IMG/VR virus record: IMGVR_UViG_3300031857_000181
Span: 1-61,206 of that record
Direction: 5' to 3' (one strand)
Origin: a virus
Lineage: Duplodnaviria > Caudoviricetes
DNA: 61,206 nucleotides
Shown here: positions 30,064-40,040 of the stretch, piece by piece
Numbering within the stretch: position 1 is the first letter of the stretch
Layout: the number at the start of each line of letters is the position of its first letter
Translations under genes and position numbers: made by a program
The notes under the pieces: generated by a model
Database searches by the model: none
Seen by the model: the letters and a program-made list of their open reading frames with translations, nothing else
Told to the model about the DNA's origin: nothing

Positions 30064-31290
30064 TTATTTAATGATTTTATACGTTTCAGTATTTCCATTG
30101 GTTTTTATAACTGCGTTATACATTCCAGGACTCAGATTTTTTGTATTAATTTCAAATTTATTAGTAATACCGAATTGGAATGAGTTTGATAAAACTTCTT
30201 TACCTATACTATCATAAATTTTTAATTCACAAGGTCCGAAATAATCCCCAAGATTTTGAATTTTTATAAAATCATTAAATGGGTTCGGATGTAGAATAAT
30301 TTTATTAATATAATCTTTAACCTGTACTACTGAGATATTAGAATAATGATGATTATCAAGTTCAACCATCTTTAACCTGTAGTAGGTGTATCCATTATAA
30401 ATAGGTGATTCGTCAACAAATTGGTAATCATATGTTCCGATTTCGGTGGGATAAACAACACCTATTGAATCAAAATTATATGCGTCAGTTGATTTCTCAA
30501 TAATAAAATATTCACCAGGTAAGGTAGTATTTGCTCTCCAACTAACTATTACGTCTTTATTATTTTTATCGTATTCAGTTCCAAAATAGATGAGTTGGAT
30601 TGGGAAAATGGTACAATCATAAATTTCTTCAAGTAGTACGTTATCTATCCACCACTCTTCACCTGCTGAATTTACACGACAAAGTATATCAACAGCGATT
30701 TGAGTTGGTCCAGGAGGAATTGTTAACTGTATTACAGAAAATCCATCACCAGTTGCAGTTCTATTACCTCCAGCGACTGGTGTGTAAAAAGTGGCAACCC
30801 CATTTGCGGTTTTACTTGCAACACCTAAAGTATTATAATCCCAAGTTGCATTACCAAAACCACGAATACGCATTTCACCAAAATATGTTATTCCACCATC
30901 TGTACTTAGTTGAACTTCCACAAAATCTGTATTATCAACACCTCGTGTTGTTGCAGTGGGTCCTGAAAATACATAAGACGCTAATCTAAAAGAGAATCTA
31001 TGGGTTGAAGTTGGGTTGAGTCCGTTAATGTTTGGCATAACATACCAATCTTGTTCTAAACCCGAAGTACCGTTACCTGCGCCATAGATTACAGCACTAA
31101 GATTTGGTGATACTGAAGCGTTATTAAAAAAACCAGTATTAGTGGTTGTGGTATTTGGAGGGGTTCTCCACCAATCACCACTCCAATTAAAAGTTTCCAT
31201 ATTATCAAAAGCGATAGTATCAATACAAGTTTGAGACTTTCCAAAGAAACTTGTTAAACATAAAAGTAATAAAAGGATTGTTTTTTTCAT
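30064..31290 (-). CDS. T9SS (Por secretion) C-terminal sorting domain protein
   Basis: Signal peptide; PIQL..F, IEKS.D, YYRLK Ig-like domain; CTD HPNPFND..IYDSIGKEV..LSPGMY..KIIK. Confidence 0.85.
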   Translation of the reverse strand: MKKTILLLLLCLTSFFGKSQTCIDTIAFDNMETFNWSGDWWRTPPNTTTTNTGFFNNASVSPNLSAVIYGAGNGTSGLEQDWYVMPNINGLNPTSTHRFSFRLASYVFSGPTATTRGVDNTDFVEVQLSTDGGITYFGEMRIRGFGNATWDYNTLGVASKTANGVATFYTPVAGGNRTATGDGFSVIQLTIPPGPTQIAVDILCRVNSAGEEWWIDNVLLEEIYDCTIFPIQLIYFGTEYDKNNKDVIVSWRANTTLPGEYFIIEKSTDAYNFDSIGVVYPTEIGTYDYQFVDESPIYNGYTYYRLKMVELDNHHYSNISVVQVKDYINKIILHPNPFNDFIKIQNLGDYFGPCELKIYDSIGKEVLSNSFQFGITNKFEINTKNLSPGMYNAVIKTNGNTETYKIIK

Positions 31291-31301
31291 AAGTTAGTTT
31301 T

Positions 31302-31727
31302 TTAATAAATATTAGTAACTTCCACTTCAAAAATTAACTTTTGTCCTGCTAGTGGGTGGTTGGCATCAATAGTTACAGTTTCCTCATCAACTTCCCATAC
31401 TTTTACAATTATAGGACCTCTTGATGAGTTACCTTGTAGGGTTTCACCTACTTGTACATTTTCGGGGAATTGATTTTTATTAACTTTAGTTCTAAGTTCA
31501 GGGTTATATTCACCATAAGCGTGTTCTGGATCAATTTCAATTACTTTTGATTCTCCAGTACTCATTTCAAGTAATCCGTTCTCAAATCCTGAAATTAGTT
31601 GACCTTCACCTAATTTAGCTTCTAATGGTTCTCTTCCTTCGGTAAGAGATGTGTCGAAAATTGTACCATCTACCAATTTTCCTGTGTAATTGACTGTAAC
31701 GGTGTCACCAAGTTTAACTTTTCTCAT
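31302..31727 (-). CDS. FKBP-type peptidyl-prolyl isomerase (SlyD/SlpA-like)
   Basis: V.YTGKL.DGTIFD, G.LI.GFE, AYGE, IDANHPLAGQ.L.FEVEV. Confidence 0.92.
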   Translation of the reverse strand: MRKVKLGDTVTVNYTGKLVDGTIFDTSLTEGREPLEAKLGEGQLISGFENGLLEMSTGESKVIEIDPEHAYGEYNPELRTKVNKNQFPENVQVGETLQGNSSRGPIIVKVWEVDEETVTIDANHPLAGQKLIFEVEVTNIY

Positions 31728-31765
31728 TTTTAATAATTTTTAAGTTTAATAATAATTTGTTTTTT

Positions 31766-32041
31766 TTAGTTAGTCAAATCAAAAGATGTTTGTAACATAA
31801 AACTTTCATTTCTGAATCCAAAACTAGACCAAGCATCTTCGAACATATAAAAAATACCACTAGATCCAACTTCTTCAAATAAATTCAAGTCCCCGACATA
31901 TATTTTACAACTGATAATATACATTTTTTTATTTGTACTGAAAATTATGTTTTCAACATCGACATAACTACCATTACCATAAAGGATTTCCAAATCTTTT
32001 TTGAATAATTTATTTATATAAATGATAAACCCTTTCTTCAT
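31766..32041 (-). CDS. Hypothetical protein
   Basis: ORF co-oriented with the FKBP gene. Confidence 0.6.
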   Translation of the reverse strand: MKKGFIIYINKLFKKDLEILYGNGSYVDVENIIFSTNKKMYIISCKIYVGDLNLFEEVGSSGIFYMFEDAWSSFGFRNESFMLQTSFDLTN

Positions 32042-32087
32042 GTGAAAAAAATATATAAATTTGTTGATAACATCAATATTTATAAAT

Positions 32088-32390
32088 ATGAAACGAATAA
32101 TAATAACCGAATCACAAAAAGACGAGATTCTAAAAAAATACAGTGAAGCTGACGATAAACTTATGATTTATCTAAGAAGAAATTTTCCTGCCGTTGAACA
32201 TCCTGAACATATACAAGATATAATGGGTAAATATAGAATAATGATTAGTGATAAGTCTTATCCCGTTATTAATAACTTTGGTTATATAGTTAAAAAAATA
32301 GACAGTTATATCATACATGAATTTCCGGATTTGGATGACAAAAAAAGAAGACAAACGATAAAAAAATACGTAAAACATTTTGAGTATTAA
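32088..32390 (+). CDS. Hypothetical protein with MKRIIITESQ peptide
   Basis: Start reassigned; YLRRNF motif; TATTTAT at 32077. Confidence 0.7.
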   Translation: MKRIIITESQKDEILKKYSEADDKLMIYLRRNFPAVEHPEHIQDIMGKYRIMISDKSYPVINNFGYIVKKIDSYIIHEFPDLDDKKRRQTIKKYVKHFEY

Positions 32391-32409
32391 AATTTAAATC
32401 CTATTTTTG
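32379..32409 (+). promoter_or_regulatory. Bacteroidota-type promoter
   Basis: TTTG-N19-TATTTTTG. Confidence 0.55.
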
Positions 32410-32450
32410 TGTCACAATCATTAGTTCACAACATAAATCTTATACCAACT

Positions 32451-32702
32451 ATGAAAAGAGATTCTTTGGATCAGTACACTTGGCTTATGAAAGTTCTTGA
32501 TTCTTGCGAAAATACGGCTCAGATTGAAACTTCTGAGAGACTTTTTGAGTTGTATATGAAAAAGTGGAAAAATGACATAAGTGAAAAGAATGTAATCCTC
32601 CTTTCAAACAACTTTGAAAAAGAAAAGAAGGGACAACTTTCAAAAGTAACAAGAAAGAATAAGTCATTTTTCTCAAAAATGTCACAATTTTTCTTATTCT
32701 AA
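32451..32702 (+). CDS. Hypothetical protein
   Basis: W..KVLDSC....QI motif; start reassigned. Confidence 0.65.
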   Translation: MKRDSLDQYTWLMKVLDSCENTAQIETSERLFELYMKKWKNDISEKNVILLSNNFEKEKKGQLSKVTRKNKSFFSKMSQFFLF

Positions 32703-32711
32703 TACAAATAT

Positions 32712-33269
32712 ATGAGTTACAATTATACTTGGTATGGTAGATTATGTTCATACCTATTTAGAGACTTACCCAACTTTTTAAAAAACATTTGGAAGTTCAG
32801 AAAAGCCTTATGGAGTCATCATTGGTGGGATTCTTATGGTACTTTATTCTTTATTGAGATTGGTGTTGAAGATATATCCAAAAATCTTGAAACCAAAGGG
32901 AATGAAGTTGAACATAGTAGACTCAAGAAAGTTGAAAAAATGAGTAGGGTTGTTGAAATCCTTAAAAATATCCGTGATTATAGATACCATGATATTGTTG
33001 AGATTGAATTGGGTCGCAAATATGATACAGAAAATATAAAATTTATTCCGTTTGAAGGGAACTCAGAGTTACATGAATTGGTTGATTATAATAATGAAGA
33101 ACAAAAAGAGTTCAACAGAAAATTTTTCAAAAGGGTAACTGAATTGGAAGAACAAGAATGGGTTGAACTTTGGACGATAATGAAAGGACAAGATTATACA
33201 ACCTTTGATAAGGAAAAAGATTTTGATGAACAATTTGACGGATCTGGTTTAAGAGGTTGGTGGGATTAA
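32712..33269 (+). CDS. Conserved phage hypothetical protein
   Basis: NIWKFRKALW..WWD and C-terminal DGSGLRGWWD. Confidence 0.75.
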   Translation: MSYNYTWYGRLCSYLFRDLPNFLKNIWKFRKALWSHHWWDSYGTLFFIEIGVEDISKNLETKGNEVEHSRLKKVEKMSRVVEILKNIRDYRYHDIVEIELGRKYDTENIKFIPFEGNSELHELVDYNNEEQKEFNRKFFKRVTELEEQEWVELWTIMKGQDYTTFDKEKDFDEQFDGSGLRGWWD

Positions 33270-33298
33270 AATTTTTTTAAAAAAAGTGATAGTATTTT

Positions 33299-33328
33299 TT
33301 TGATTTAATTAAAAAGTCTATATTTTTG
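33299..33328 (+). promoter_or_regulatory. Bacteroidota-type promoter
   Basis: TTTG-N18-TATTTTTG. Confidence 0.5.
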
Positions 33329-33370
33329 TAATTGTAATAAGAATTCATCACAACTTAAAAACACAATATT

Positions 33371-33850
33371 ATGAGAAATCTATCAATTTTAATGTTCGTT
33401 TTATTTGCGATAAATCTTCACTCACAAAGTCAAGAGGTAATAGATTCACTATTACTTGATTCAATTTTATTCTATGACCCATCAATGTATGAAAATAAAA
33501 TTGACTTGGTTGAAAATCGAAAGGATACCTTAACATCATATTTTATGAATAAAAATGTACAATATGAGATATACCAAGTTGATAACTCTAAAAATATTAT
33601 CGTCTTTGATGAATTAGAAAATTTATTAATCATCGAAAATGAAAAATCACTTAAACCTAATTTTTTATTTCTAGAGTTTGTCGGCGAATTGGGTAATAAA
33701 AACTCAGTGGAAAAATACTATCTAACAAAAAATAGTGACGTTGTTACATTGTTCTATAAAATAAAAGAAAACAAATTAAATCTTTCTGGTGTTAACATAG
33801 AAATGATGGATAATTCATATATTCAATATTGTTATTACAATAGAAAATAA
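33371..33850 (+). CDS. Secreted hypothetical protein
   Basis: Signal peptide MRNLSILMFVLFAINLHSQ. Confidence 0.65.
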   Translation: MRNLSILMFVLFAINLHSQSQEVIDSLLLDSILFYDPSMYENKIDLVENRKDTLTSYFMNKNVQYEIYQVDNSKNIIVFDELENLLIIENEKSLKPNFLFLEFVGELGNKNSVEKYYLTKNSDVVTLFYKIKENKLNLSGVNIEMMDNSYIQYCYYNRK

Positions 33851-33854
33851 TAAT

Positions 33855-33887
33855 AAAAAAAACCTCTTATAAAAAGAGGTTTTTTTT
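33855..33887. terminator. Bidirectional terminator
   Basis: A-run-CCTCTT..AAGAGG-T-run. Confidence 0.85.
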
Positions 33888-33888
33888 A

Positions 33889-34374
33889 TTATAAAGAAAT
33901 ATCTAATTTAGAACCATCAGGTAATTCCACCATAGCGTTCCTCAATTTTGAATTTCCACAATCCTCAATTCTTTGATCACAAGTATTCAAAAAACCATTT
34001 TTAATAACTGGCAGACCATTAATTTTGAATTCTTTCATTACTTGAAAAACGGGTCTTTTTTGTTCAGTGGATGCTGAGACACCCTGTGTACCAGGACGTT
34101 CTTGACCTTGTCGAACCACACTAGTGTCATCGAGATAAATTGCTTTTAGATAACCAACATGTTTATTTTGAATTAAGTTGTTATATAAATTTTGTGCCTC
34201 AAGAAGAGTCATTCTTGGTCCTTTAAAAAGATTTTTATAATTTGTTGCAGTTGCAGGTATTTTAATTACATCTGTATTTGGGTTGGATGGAAAGGAATCA
34301 GTTGTTTGTTCACTGATAACTCTTTTCACTAATTTAACTAAGTCACTCTCAGTTAACCTTATAATTCTTTTCAT
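33889..34374 (-). CDS. Hypothetical protein with MKRIIRLTESDL peptide
   Basis: Shared N-terminus. Confidence 0.75.
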   Translation of the reverse strand: MKRIIRLTESDLVKLVKRVISEQTTDSFPSNPNTDVIKIPATATNYKNLFKGPRMTLLEAQNLYNNLIQNKHVGYLKAIYLDDTSVVRQGQERPGTQGVSASTEQKRPVFQVMKEFKINGLPVIKNGFLNTCDQRIEDCGNSKLRNAMVELPDGSKLDISL

Positions 34375-34459
34375 ATTTGTTAAATTTTTGATTTTATCTG
34401 TTTTATTTTACAATAAATATATCTATCTTATAAAAAATTAGTAAAAACATAGTTAATTA

Positions 34460-35179
34460 ATGAAAATAACATTTATATCCGATACTCATAGTAAACATAA
34501 ACAAGTTGAAAAGGACTTACCAGGAGGTAACCTATTGATTCATGCCGGTGATATGTCTTCAATGGGTTACAAACAAGAAATACAAAACTTCTGTCAATGG
34601 TTTGATGGGTTGGATTATGATTTCAAAGTATTCATTGCTGGTAATCATGATTGGGGTTTCATAGATAGAGAACCATTCTTTGTTCATGGGAGTGTTCTAA
34701 TTCCCAAATCTACCGAAGAAATATTAAATACCTATAAGAACTTTGAATACCTAAGAGATAGTTCAGTAGAAGTACAAATTGGTGATGAAAAACCTGTGAA
34801 AGTATATGGCAGTCCTTGGCAACCAGAATTTTATGATTGGGCATTTAACTTACCAAGAAAAGGCGAGGAACTAAAACGTAGATGGAATAATATTCCGACT
34901 GATACTGACATCCTTATCACTCACGGACCTGCTTATGGTTATGTTGATCAAGTTATTGGTAGAACTGAACATCTAGGTTGTGAACTATTGGCTGACAGAA
35001 TCAAAGAAATCAAACCAAAGATTCACGTTTGTGGTCACATTCATACTGGTTATGGTTATACTTTTGATGGTGATACTCATTATATTAATGCTAGTGTTCT
35101 TAATGAACAATATGCTTATGCGAATAAACCATTAATTGTGGATTGGAATCAAGAAACCAATGAACTTGTATTCTTATAA
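34460..35179 (+). CDS. Calcineurin-like metallophosphoesterase (MPPED-like)
   Basis: SDTH, HAGD, AGNHD, ITHGP, CGHIH. Confidence 0.92.
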   Translation: MKITFISDTHSKHKQVEKDLPGGNLLIHAGDMSSMGYKQEIQNFCQWFDGLDYDFKVFIAGNHDWGFIDREPFFVHGSVLIPKSTEEILNTYKNFEYLRDSSVEVQIGDEKPVKVYGSPWQPEFYDWAFNLPRKGEELKRRWNNIPTDTDILITHGPAYGYVDQVIGRTEHLGCELLADRIKEIKPKIHVCGHIHTGYGYTFDGDTHYINASVLNEQYAYANKPLIVDWNQETNELVFL

Positions 35180-35180
35180 T

Positions 35181-35209
35181 AAAAAACCCCTCTTTATCGG
35201 AGGGGTTTT
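35181..35209. terminator. Bidirectional terminator
   Basis: AAAAACCCCTC..GAGGGGTTTT. Confidence 0.85.
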
Positions 35210-35213
35210 ATTT

Positions 35214-36017
35214 TTAAACTAACAATAGTTTTTCAAATCTTTTAAATTCGTGTTTTCTGTGATCTAAACCATTATAACCACCATTTACTCTTTTACTTAC
35301 TTTTGTTACAACTTCTTCAGACGCACCTTCATCACATACATTCCAAAGGCTTGTGTTGTTAAAGAAGAACGCCGCAGAACCTAGAGGATATTTTGTAGCA
35401 ACCAAATCAGGGTTTGCGACACAATCTTCGCCAATAAAACCAGAGAAAACTTGATAGTTTTGTTTTCCTGTTAATTGGATATAACCGCGACCACGGAATT
35501 TCCATCCTTCTTTGGTTGTTTCATCGCCATTACCCAATCTACTACCATAAACACGAGAAGCTATCTTCTCAGGTTGGTGAGCGTATGACTCGGCTAGTGT
35601 ACCCGGAAAATACTTAGGAAAAATTCTTAACAATCCATCTTTAGAATAATTAAGGTTTTCAGAAACAGCTTTGAAATTACCTGATTCAGTTGAACATTGT
35701 GCCAAAAAGTGACATAATCTCAAATTGGTGATAATTCCAAATTTATCAGCAATCATTGCGATTTCAGAAATTACCACATCAGGTATTTGACCTTTTAGTT
35801 TTTCTAATTTTAATGTCTCTTTTTCGACTTTTGGAAGAGATACTCCCATTTTTTCGAGTGTCGCAGGACCTGCAATACCATCGGCAACTAAACCATTTTT
35901 AGTTTGCCATTCTTTAAGTGCTTTGTCAGTACCAGGACCGAATGCACCATCGGCAGTAATGCCTAATTTTGTTTGGAGTTGTTTAACTAATTCTCCTTGT
36001 GAACCGATTTTTAACAT
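35214..36017 (-). CDS. Endolysin: PG-binding domain plus GH19 chitinase-like domain
   Basis: LKIGSQG..V..LQ..LG..ADG.FGP.T; HFLAQ...ES, ENLNYS, GWKFRGRGYIQLTGK.NY, VNGG.NGL. Confidence 0.92.
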   Translation of the reverse strand: MLKIGSQGELVKQLQTKLGITADGAFGPGTDKALKEWQTKNGLVADGIAGPATLEKMGVSLPKVEKETLKLEKLKGQIPDVVISEIAMIADKFGIITNLRLCHFLAQCSTESGNFKAVSENLNYSKDGLLRIFPKYFPGTLAESYAHQPEKIASRVYGSRLGNGDETTKEGWKFRGRGYIQLTGKQNYQVFSGFIGEDCVANPDLVATKYPLGSAAFFFNNTSLWNVCDEGASEEVVTKVSKRVNGGYNGLDHRKHEFKRFEKLLLV

Positions 36018-36092
36018 AGTTTTATAGTTTTTTTTATAAATACCAATTAACTAATTTAAGTTAGTATTTATATAGAAAAAAAGTTATCAAGT

Positions 36093-38216
36093 ATGTCAAT
36101 CAAGGTTAAAATTTCTATTTACTTTTCAGTTTTAATTATGTCAATTTTCTTTATAATGAAGATGATCTCATTATTTTTTATAAATGACGCACCACAATTA
36201 ATCAAAATAATTGAGTTATCTTGTTTTATTATTTTTTTACCATTTTTTTCAATTTTAGTGAAAGAATATTATCACAAATTAAAACATAATATAAAATTAA
36301 CAAAATACTCCAAAAAACTTAACAAAGTTCTTATTTCACAATCACACAATTCATTATTTTATCAAGGAAATGTAAAGGATGGGGCAAAAACTTTAACAAA
36401 AGAAGTTACAGAATCAATCAATACTGATAGATGTTCAATTTGGTTATATAATTCAGATAAAACCTCAATTATTTGTCAACAACTTTATATTAAAAAAGAA
36501 GATGAATGGTATAGTGGTGTGGAAATGTTTAAAAAGGATTTCAGTTCTTATTTTGAACATTTAGAAATTGATCCGATTATTATTGCTAACAATGCGGAAA
36601 CTCATACCGCAACATCTTGTTTTTCGGAAGGATACTTAAAACCACTTGGTATTAAATCAATGTTGGATGTACCAATTATGTATAAAGGTGATATAATTGG
36701 TGTTGTTTGTATTGAGAGTGAAACCCCAAGGGAATGGATTGAATTAGAAGTTAACTTTGCTCAAATGTTATCATCACTATATTCTTTTGCTTATTCAGTT
36801 AAAGAAAGTAATATTTTGAAGGATAACTTATATGAGTTTGAAAAGTTTGTCGATACGTCTGTTTTAGTCTCTAAAGCTGACAATAAAGGTAAAATAACAT
36901 ATGTGAATAAAAAGTTTGAGGAGGTGTCTGGGTGGTGTTTAGATGAAGTAAGAGGAAAGGATCATAGTATTGTTAATTCAGGTAGACATCCAAAGGAGTT
37001 TTGGGTTAATATGTACCGAGAAGTGGTAGTTGAGAAAAAGATTTGGAATGAGGTTGTAACCAATAAATCAAAAACTGGGGAATTATATTGGGTTGATTCT
37101 TATATAAAGGGGGATTTCGATGAAAATGGTAAGTTTTTGGGTTATATGTCAATTAGATATGATGTTACTGATGTAAAGAAAAAAGAAATTGAGATTCGAA
37201 ATAGAATGACGGCAATTAACACATCCAATATGGTTATTGAGTTTGACTTGGATGGTAAAATTATGTTTGCTAATAATTTATTCTGTGAAAAAATGGGATA
37301 TACAGAAAAAGAATTGAAAGGTAAACATCATAGAATTTTTGTTTCGAAGGAATATTCAAAATCACCTGAATATAAAGAATTTTGGAAATTGTTGAGAAGT
37401 GGTGTTTATGTTACTGATGAGTTTTTAAGGTTTACTAAAGATAAAAAACAAGTTTGGATTCAAGCCTCATATAATCCAGTATTTGGAGTTGATGGTAAAG
37501 TACAAAGGGTAATGAAAATTGCAACAGATATAACTGATAGAATCACACAATCTATTGAGATTGAGAAAAAGAACACCTATTTAGAACACGCTGCTAAGAT
37601 TTTAAGACACGATATGCACTCAGGTATTAATACATACATACCTAGAGGTGTTAGCTCTTTAGAACGAAGATTAACACTTGAACAAATAGAGGATTTAAAA
37701 ATATCTGCACCATTTAAAATGATTAAAGATGGATTAGCTCATGCACAAAAAGTTTATAGAGGTGTTTATGAATTTACAAACTTAGTTAAAAAAGATGTTG
37801 TATTAAATAAAACAGAATGTAATTTAAAAAGTATTTTAGAAAGTTACTTAGCAACAACTTCATACAAAAGTCAGGTTCATATCGATGAACTAATAACTAA
37901 AGATGTGAACGAGTCATTGTTTTGTACCTCCATTGATAACCTGATAAGAAATGGTTTGAAATATAACGATTCTGACACAAAATTTGTTAAGATATTTATG
38001 GAGGGTGATATTTTAATAATACAAGATAATGGTAGAGGAATCACTCAACAAGATTTTGACCACTTATCAAAACCATACACAAGGAAAGAAGGACAAAAAG
38101 AGAGTGGTTCTGGATTGGGTTTGAATATTTGTGTTGCAATTTTAGAAGAACACGGATTTGAGATTACTTGTGAAAAAAATGAAATTGGTACTAAAATGAA
38201 AATAAACATAAAATAA
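36093..38216 (+). CDS. Membrane sensor histidine kinase (2TM-GAF-PAS-PAS-HisKA-HATPase)
   Basis: GAF (SMLDVPI, GVVCIE), two PAS/PAC, H-box ILRHDM, N-box DNLIRNGLKY, G1 QDNGRGI, G2 GSGLGL. Confidence 0.92.
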   Translation: MSIKVKISIYFSVLIMSIFFIMKMISLFFINDAPQLIKIIELSCFIIFLPFFSILVKEYYHKLKHNIKLTKYSKKLNKVLISQSHNSLFYQGNVKDGAKTLTKEVTESINTDRCSIWLYNSDKTSIICQQLYIKKEDEWYSGVEMFKKDFSSYFEHLEIDPIIIANNAETHTATSCFSEGYLKPLGIKSMLDVPIMYKGDIIGVVCIESETPREWIELEVNFAQMLSSLYSFAYSVKESNILKDNLYEFEKFVDTSVLVSKADNKGKITYVNKKFEEVSGWCLDEVRGKDHSIVNSGRHPKEFWVNMYREVVVEKKIWNEVVTNKSKTGELYWVDSYIKGDFDENGKFLGYMSIRYDVTDVKKKEIEIRNRMTAINTSNMVIEFDLDGKIMFANNLFCEKMGYTEKELKGKHHRIFVSKEYSKSPEYKEFWKLLRSGVYVTDEFLRFTKDKKQVWIQASYNPVFGVDGKVQRVMKIATDITDRITQSIEIEKKNTYLEHAAKILRHDMHSGINTYIPRGVSSLERRLTLEQIEDLKISAPFKMIKDGLAHAQKVYRGVYEFTNLVKKDVVLNKTECNLKSILESYLATTSYKSQVHIDELITKDVNESLFCTSIDNLIRNGLKYNDSDTKFVKIFMEGDILIIQDNGRGITQQDFDHLSKPYTRKEGQKESGSGLGLNICVAILEEHGFEITCEKNEIGTKMKINIK

Positions 38217-38229
38217 AAATTAGAAAAAA

Positions 38230-38664
38230 ATGATTGAAACGTTAATGTTGGTAGATGATGAGGACTTGTTCCATTTAGTATTTGAAGACGCTTGTTCTTT
38301 ATTAGATATTAGTCTTTCACTAAAATCTTTAAATAGTTCTGATGAAGCGGCAAAACTATTTCAAAAATGGTTACAAGGTGATTTTTCAGATAGACCTGAG
38401 TGCGTATTCGTTGATTTAAACATAATTGGTTCTTCCTTTGATGGTATAGAATTGATTAGAAAAATTAACTTTGAGTATGGTAATAATGTGGTTATAGGGA
38501 TTATATCATCGTCTAATGAACCTGAAGAACAAGCAAAGGCAGTTCAAGCTGGAGCTCAATTTTGGATTATAAAATCTGATGATATTGAACCTAGGCTAGA
38601 AGAATTCAAAAAAGATTATGAAGGCTATAAAAAAAGAACCGCGCCATTTAAGGTATATAAATAA
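38230..38664 (+). CDS. Single-domain response regulator (receiver)
   Basis: LVDDED, FVDLNI, DGIEL, ISSS, IIKS. Confidence 0.9.
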   Translation: MIETLMLVDDEDLFHLVFEDACSLLDISLSLKSLNSSDEAAKLFQKWLQGDFSDRPECVFVDLNIIGSSFDGIELIRKINFEYGNNVVIGIISSSNEPEEQAKAVQAGAQFWIIKSDDIEPRLEEFKKDYEGYKKRTAPFKVYK

Positions 38665-39341
38665 TGAAATTTAATAAGGATACAAAACAAGAGTTAATAG
38701 AATTACTCGAAAAGAAAAATATTGGGTTAGAAGGAAATATTTTGAAGATAATCGATTCTTCAGATGATCCTGATTTTACCAAATATGTGGAGAATTGTAA
38801 GGAAAAGGATAAAGAAACAAGAAAAAAAAGGTTAGAAATAACAAAACAAGTTCAGGAAAAGAACAAAGAATTGATTGAGGTTAATGGTGAAAATCAAAGG
38901 ATAATGGAGGAACTCCAAGAAACCTTGAAAGAGGTTGAAGATTCTAAAATTACCTTTGAAGTTCAAAATAGAGAACTGATAGCATGGAAACAAGATAACG
39001 AAAGAATTAGTATCGAACTCCAACAAGAGATGGCTAAGTCAGAAATGGCTAGAATTGAGGCTGAAAGTGCTAAAATGTCAGCGATTAATGATTTGGATGT
39101 ATTACAAAAGAAAACCCAAACAGAATTAATTGGTAGCATTGTAAAAATTGCTTTGGGTGTAATAATATCTATTGGTATAATTACAACATTTATGTATATT
39201 TTAGCTTTAGTTGTTAATAAAGACACTCAAATGATAGGTTCAACATGGTCTAATATGTTGGGTATATTATTAACAAATGCTTTTAGTATAATTGGGACAA
39301 TAATGGGGGTTAAATACTCAGGAAAGGGAGATAAAGAATAA
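38664..39341 (+). CDS. Coiled-coil protein with two C-terminal TM helices
   Basis: Long heptad region, then IALGVIISIGIITTFMYIL and ILLTNAFSIIGTIMGV. Confidence 0.75.
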   Translation: MKFNKDTKQELIELLEKKNIGLEGNILKIIDSSDDPDFTKYVENCKEKDKETRKKRLEITKQVQEKNKELIEVNGENQRIMEELQETLKEVEDSKITFEVQNRELIAWKQDNERISIELQQEMAKSEMARIEAESAKMSAINDLDVLQKKTQTELIGSIVKIALGVIISIGIITTFMYILALVVNKDTQMIGSTWSNMLGILLTNAFSIIGTIMGVKYSGKGDKE

Positions 39342-39351
39342 TATTTAAATA

Positions 39352-39963
39352 TTATTGTTTTAGATGATTCATTAAAACCCCGCCTAGTGTTCCTGCATAA
39401 ACTAACAGGTGATTTATTGTTTCTGAGTCTAATTTTGTTTTTCTTTTTGTGTAATCAACACCTAAAACACCGATAAATTTGTTATCAATTGTTTTAATTG
39501 CAAAACTATATTGTGACTTACATCCAGTTTCTTCGGCCAGATATTTTAGTCCGTGAGTTGCAATAGTTTCATCTTTAAAATCGGATATTTCAATAATGTC
39601 TTTTTCCAACAAATGATTAATTGATTTACTAAATAAATTAACAGGAATATTTTGGAAGTTAGTTTGTTTTGAATGGGTATTAGTCCCCACAACTTCATAA
39701 ATAATACTAAATTTAGCCATTGATTTTCCTGTAGGATAGAAATTACCTCCATTGTGGAATTGTGATATCCATACACGATCACAATGTAGTTCATCTCTAA
39801 GGTCTTCAATTTTTGATGTCACTAGTTGACTAATTTTTAAAGTTTCTTTCACCATATCTGGTTTTTTACTCTTACTAAGTTTGTTTTTTGCGTATAAAAT
39901 ACTTAGTGGACCAACAACCCCCATAACACCAGTTATAAAAGCGACAATAATTTCAGTTGACAT
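39352..39963 (-). CDS. N-terminal TM plus GAF-like domain protein (possible holin-like)
   Basis: TM IIVAFITGVMGVVGPLSIL; DRVWISQFHNGG, FIGVLGVDY. Confidence 0.6.
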   Translation of the reverse strand: MSTEIIVAFITGVMGVVGPLSILYAKNKLSKSKKPDMVKETLKISQLVTSKIEDLRDELHCDRVWISQFHNGGNFYPTGKSMAKFSIIYEVVGTNTHSKQTNFQNIPVNLFSKSINHLLEKDIIEISDFKDETIATHGLKYLAEETGCKSQYSFAIKTIDNKFIGVLGVDYTKRKTKLDSETINHLLVYAGTLGGVLMNHLKQ

Positions 39964-40012
39964 TTACTATAATTTATAAATTTATTTTATGATTATAAAT
40001 ATTATAATAATT

Positions 40013-40040
40013 AAAAAAGGGGTCTAATTCGACCCCTTTT
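40013..40040 (-). terminator. Intrinsic terminator
   Basis: AAAAAAGGGGTC..GACCCTTTTT hairpin. Confidence 0.7.
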
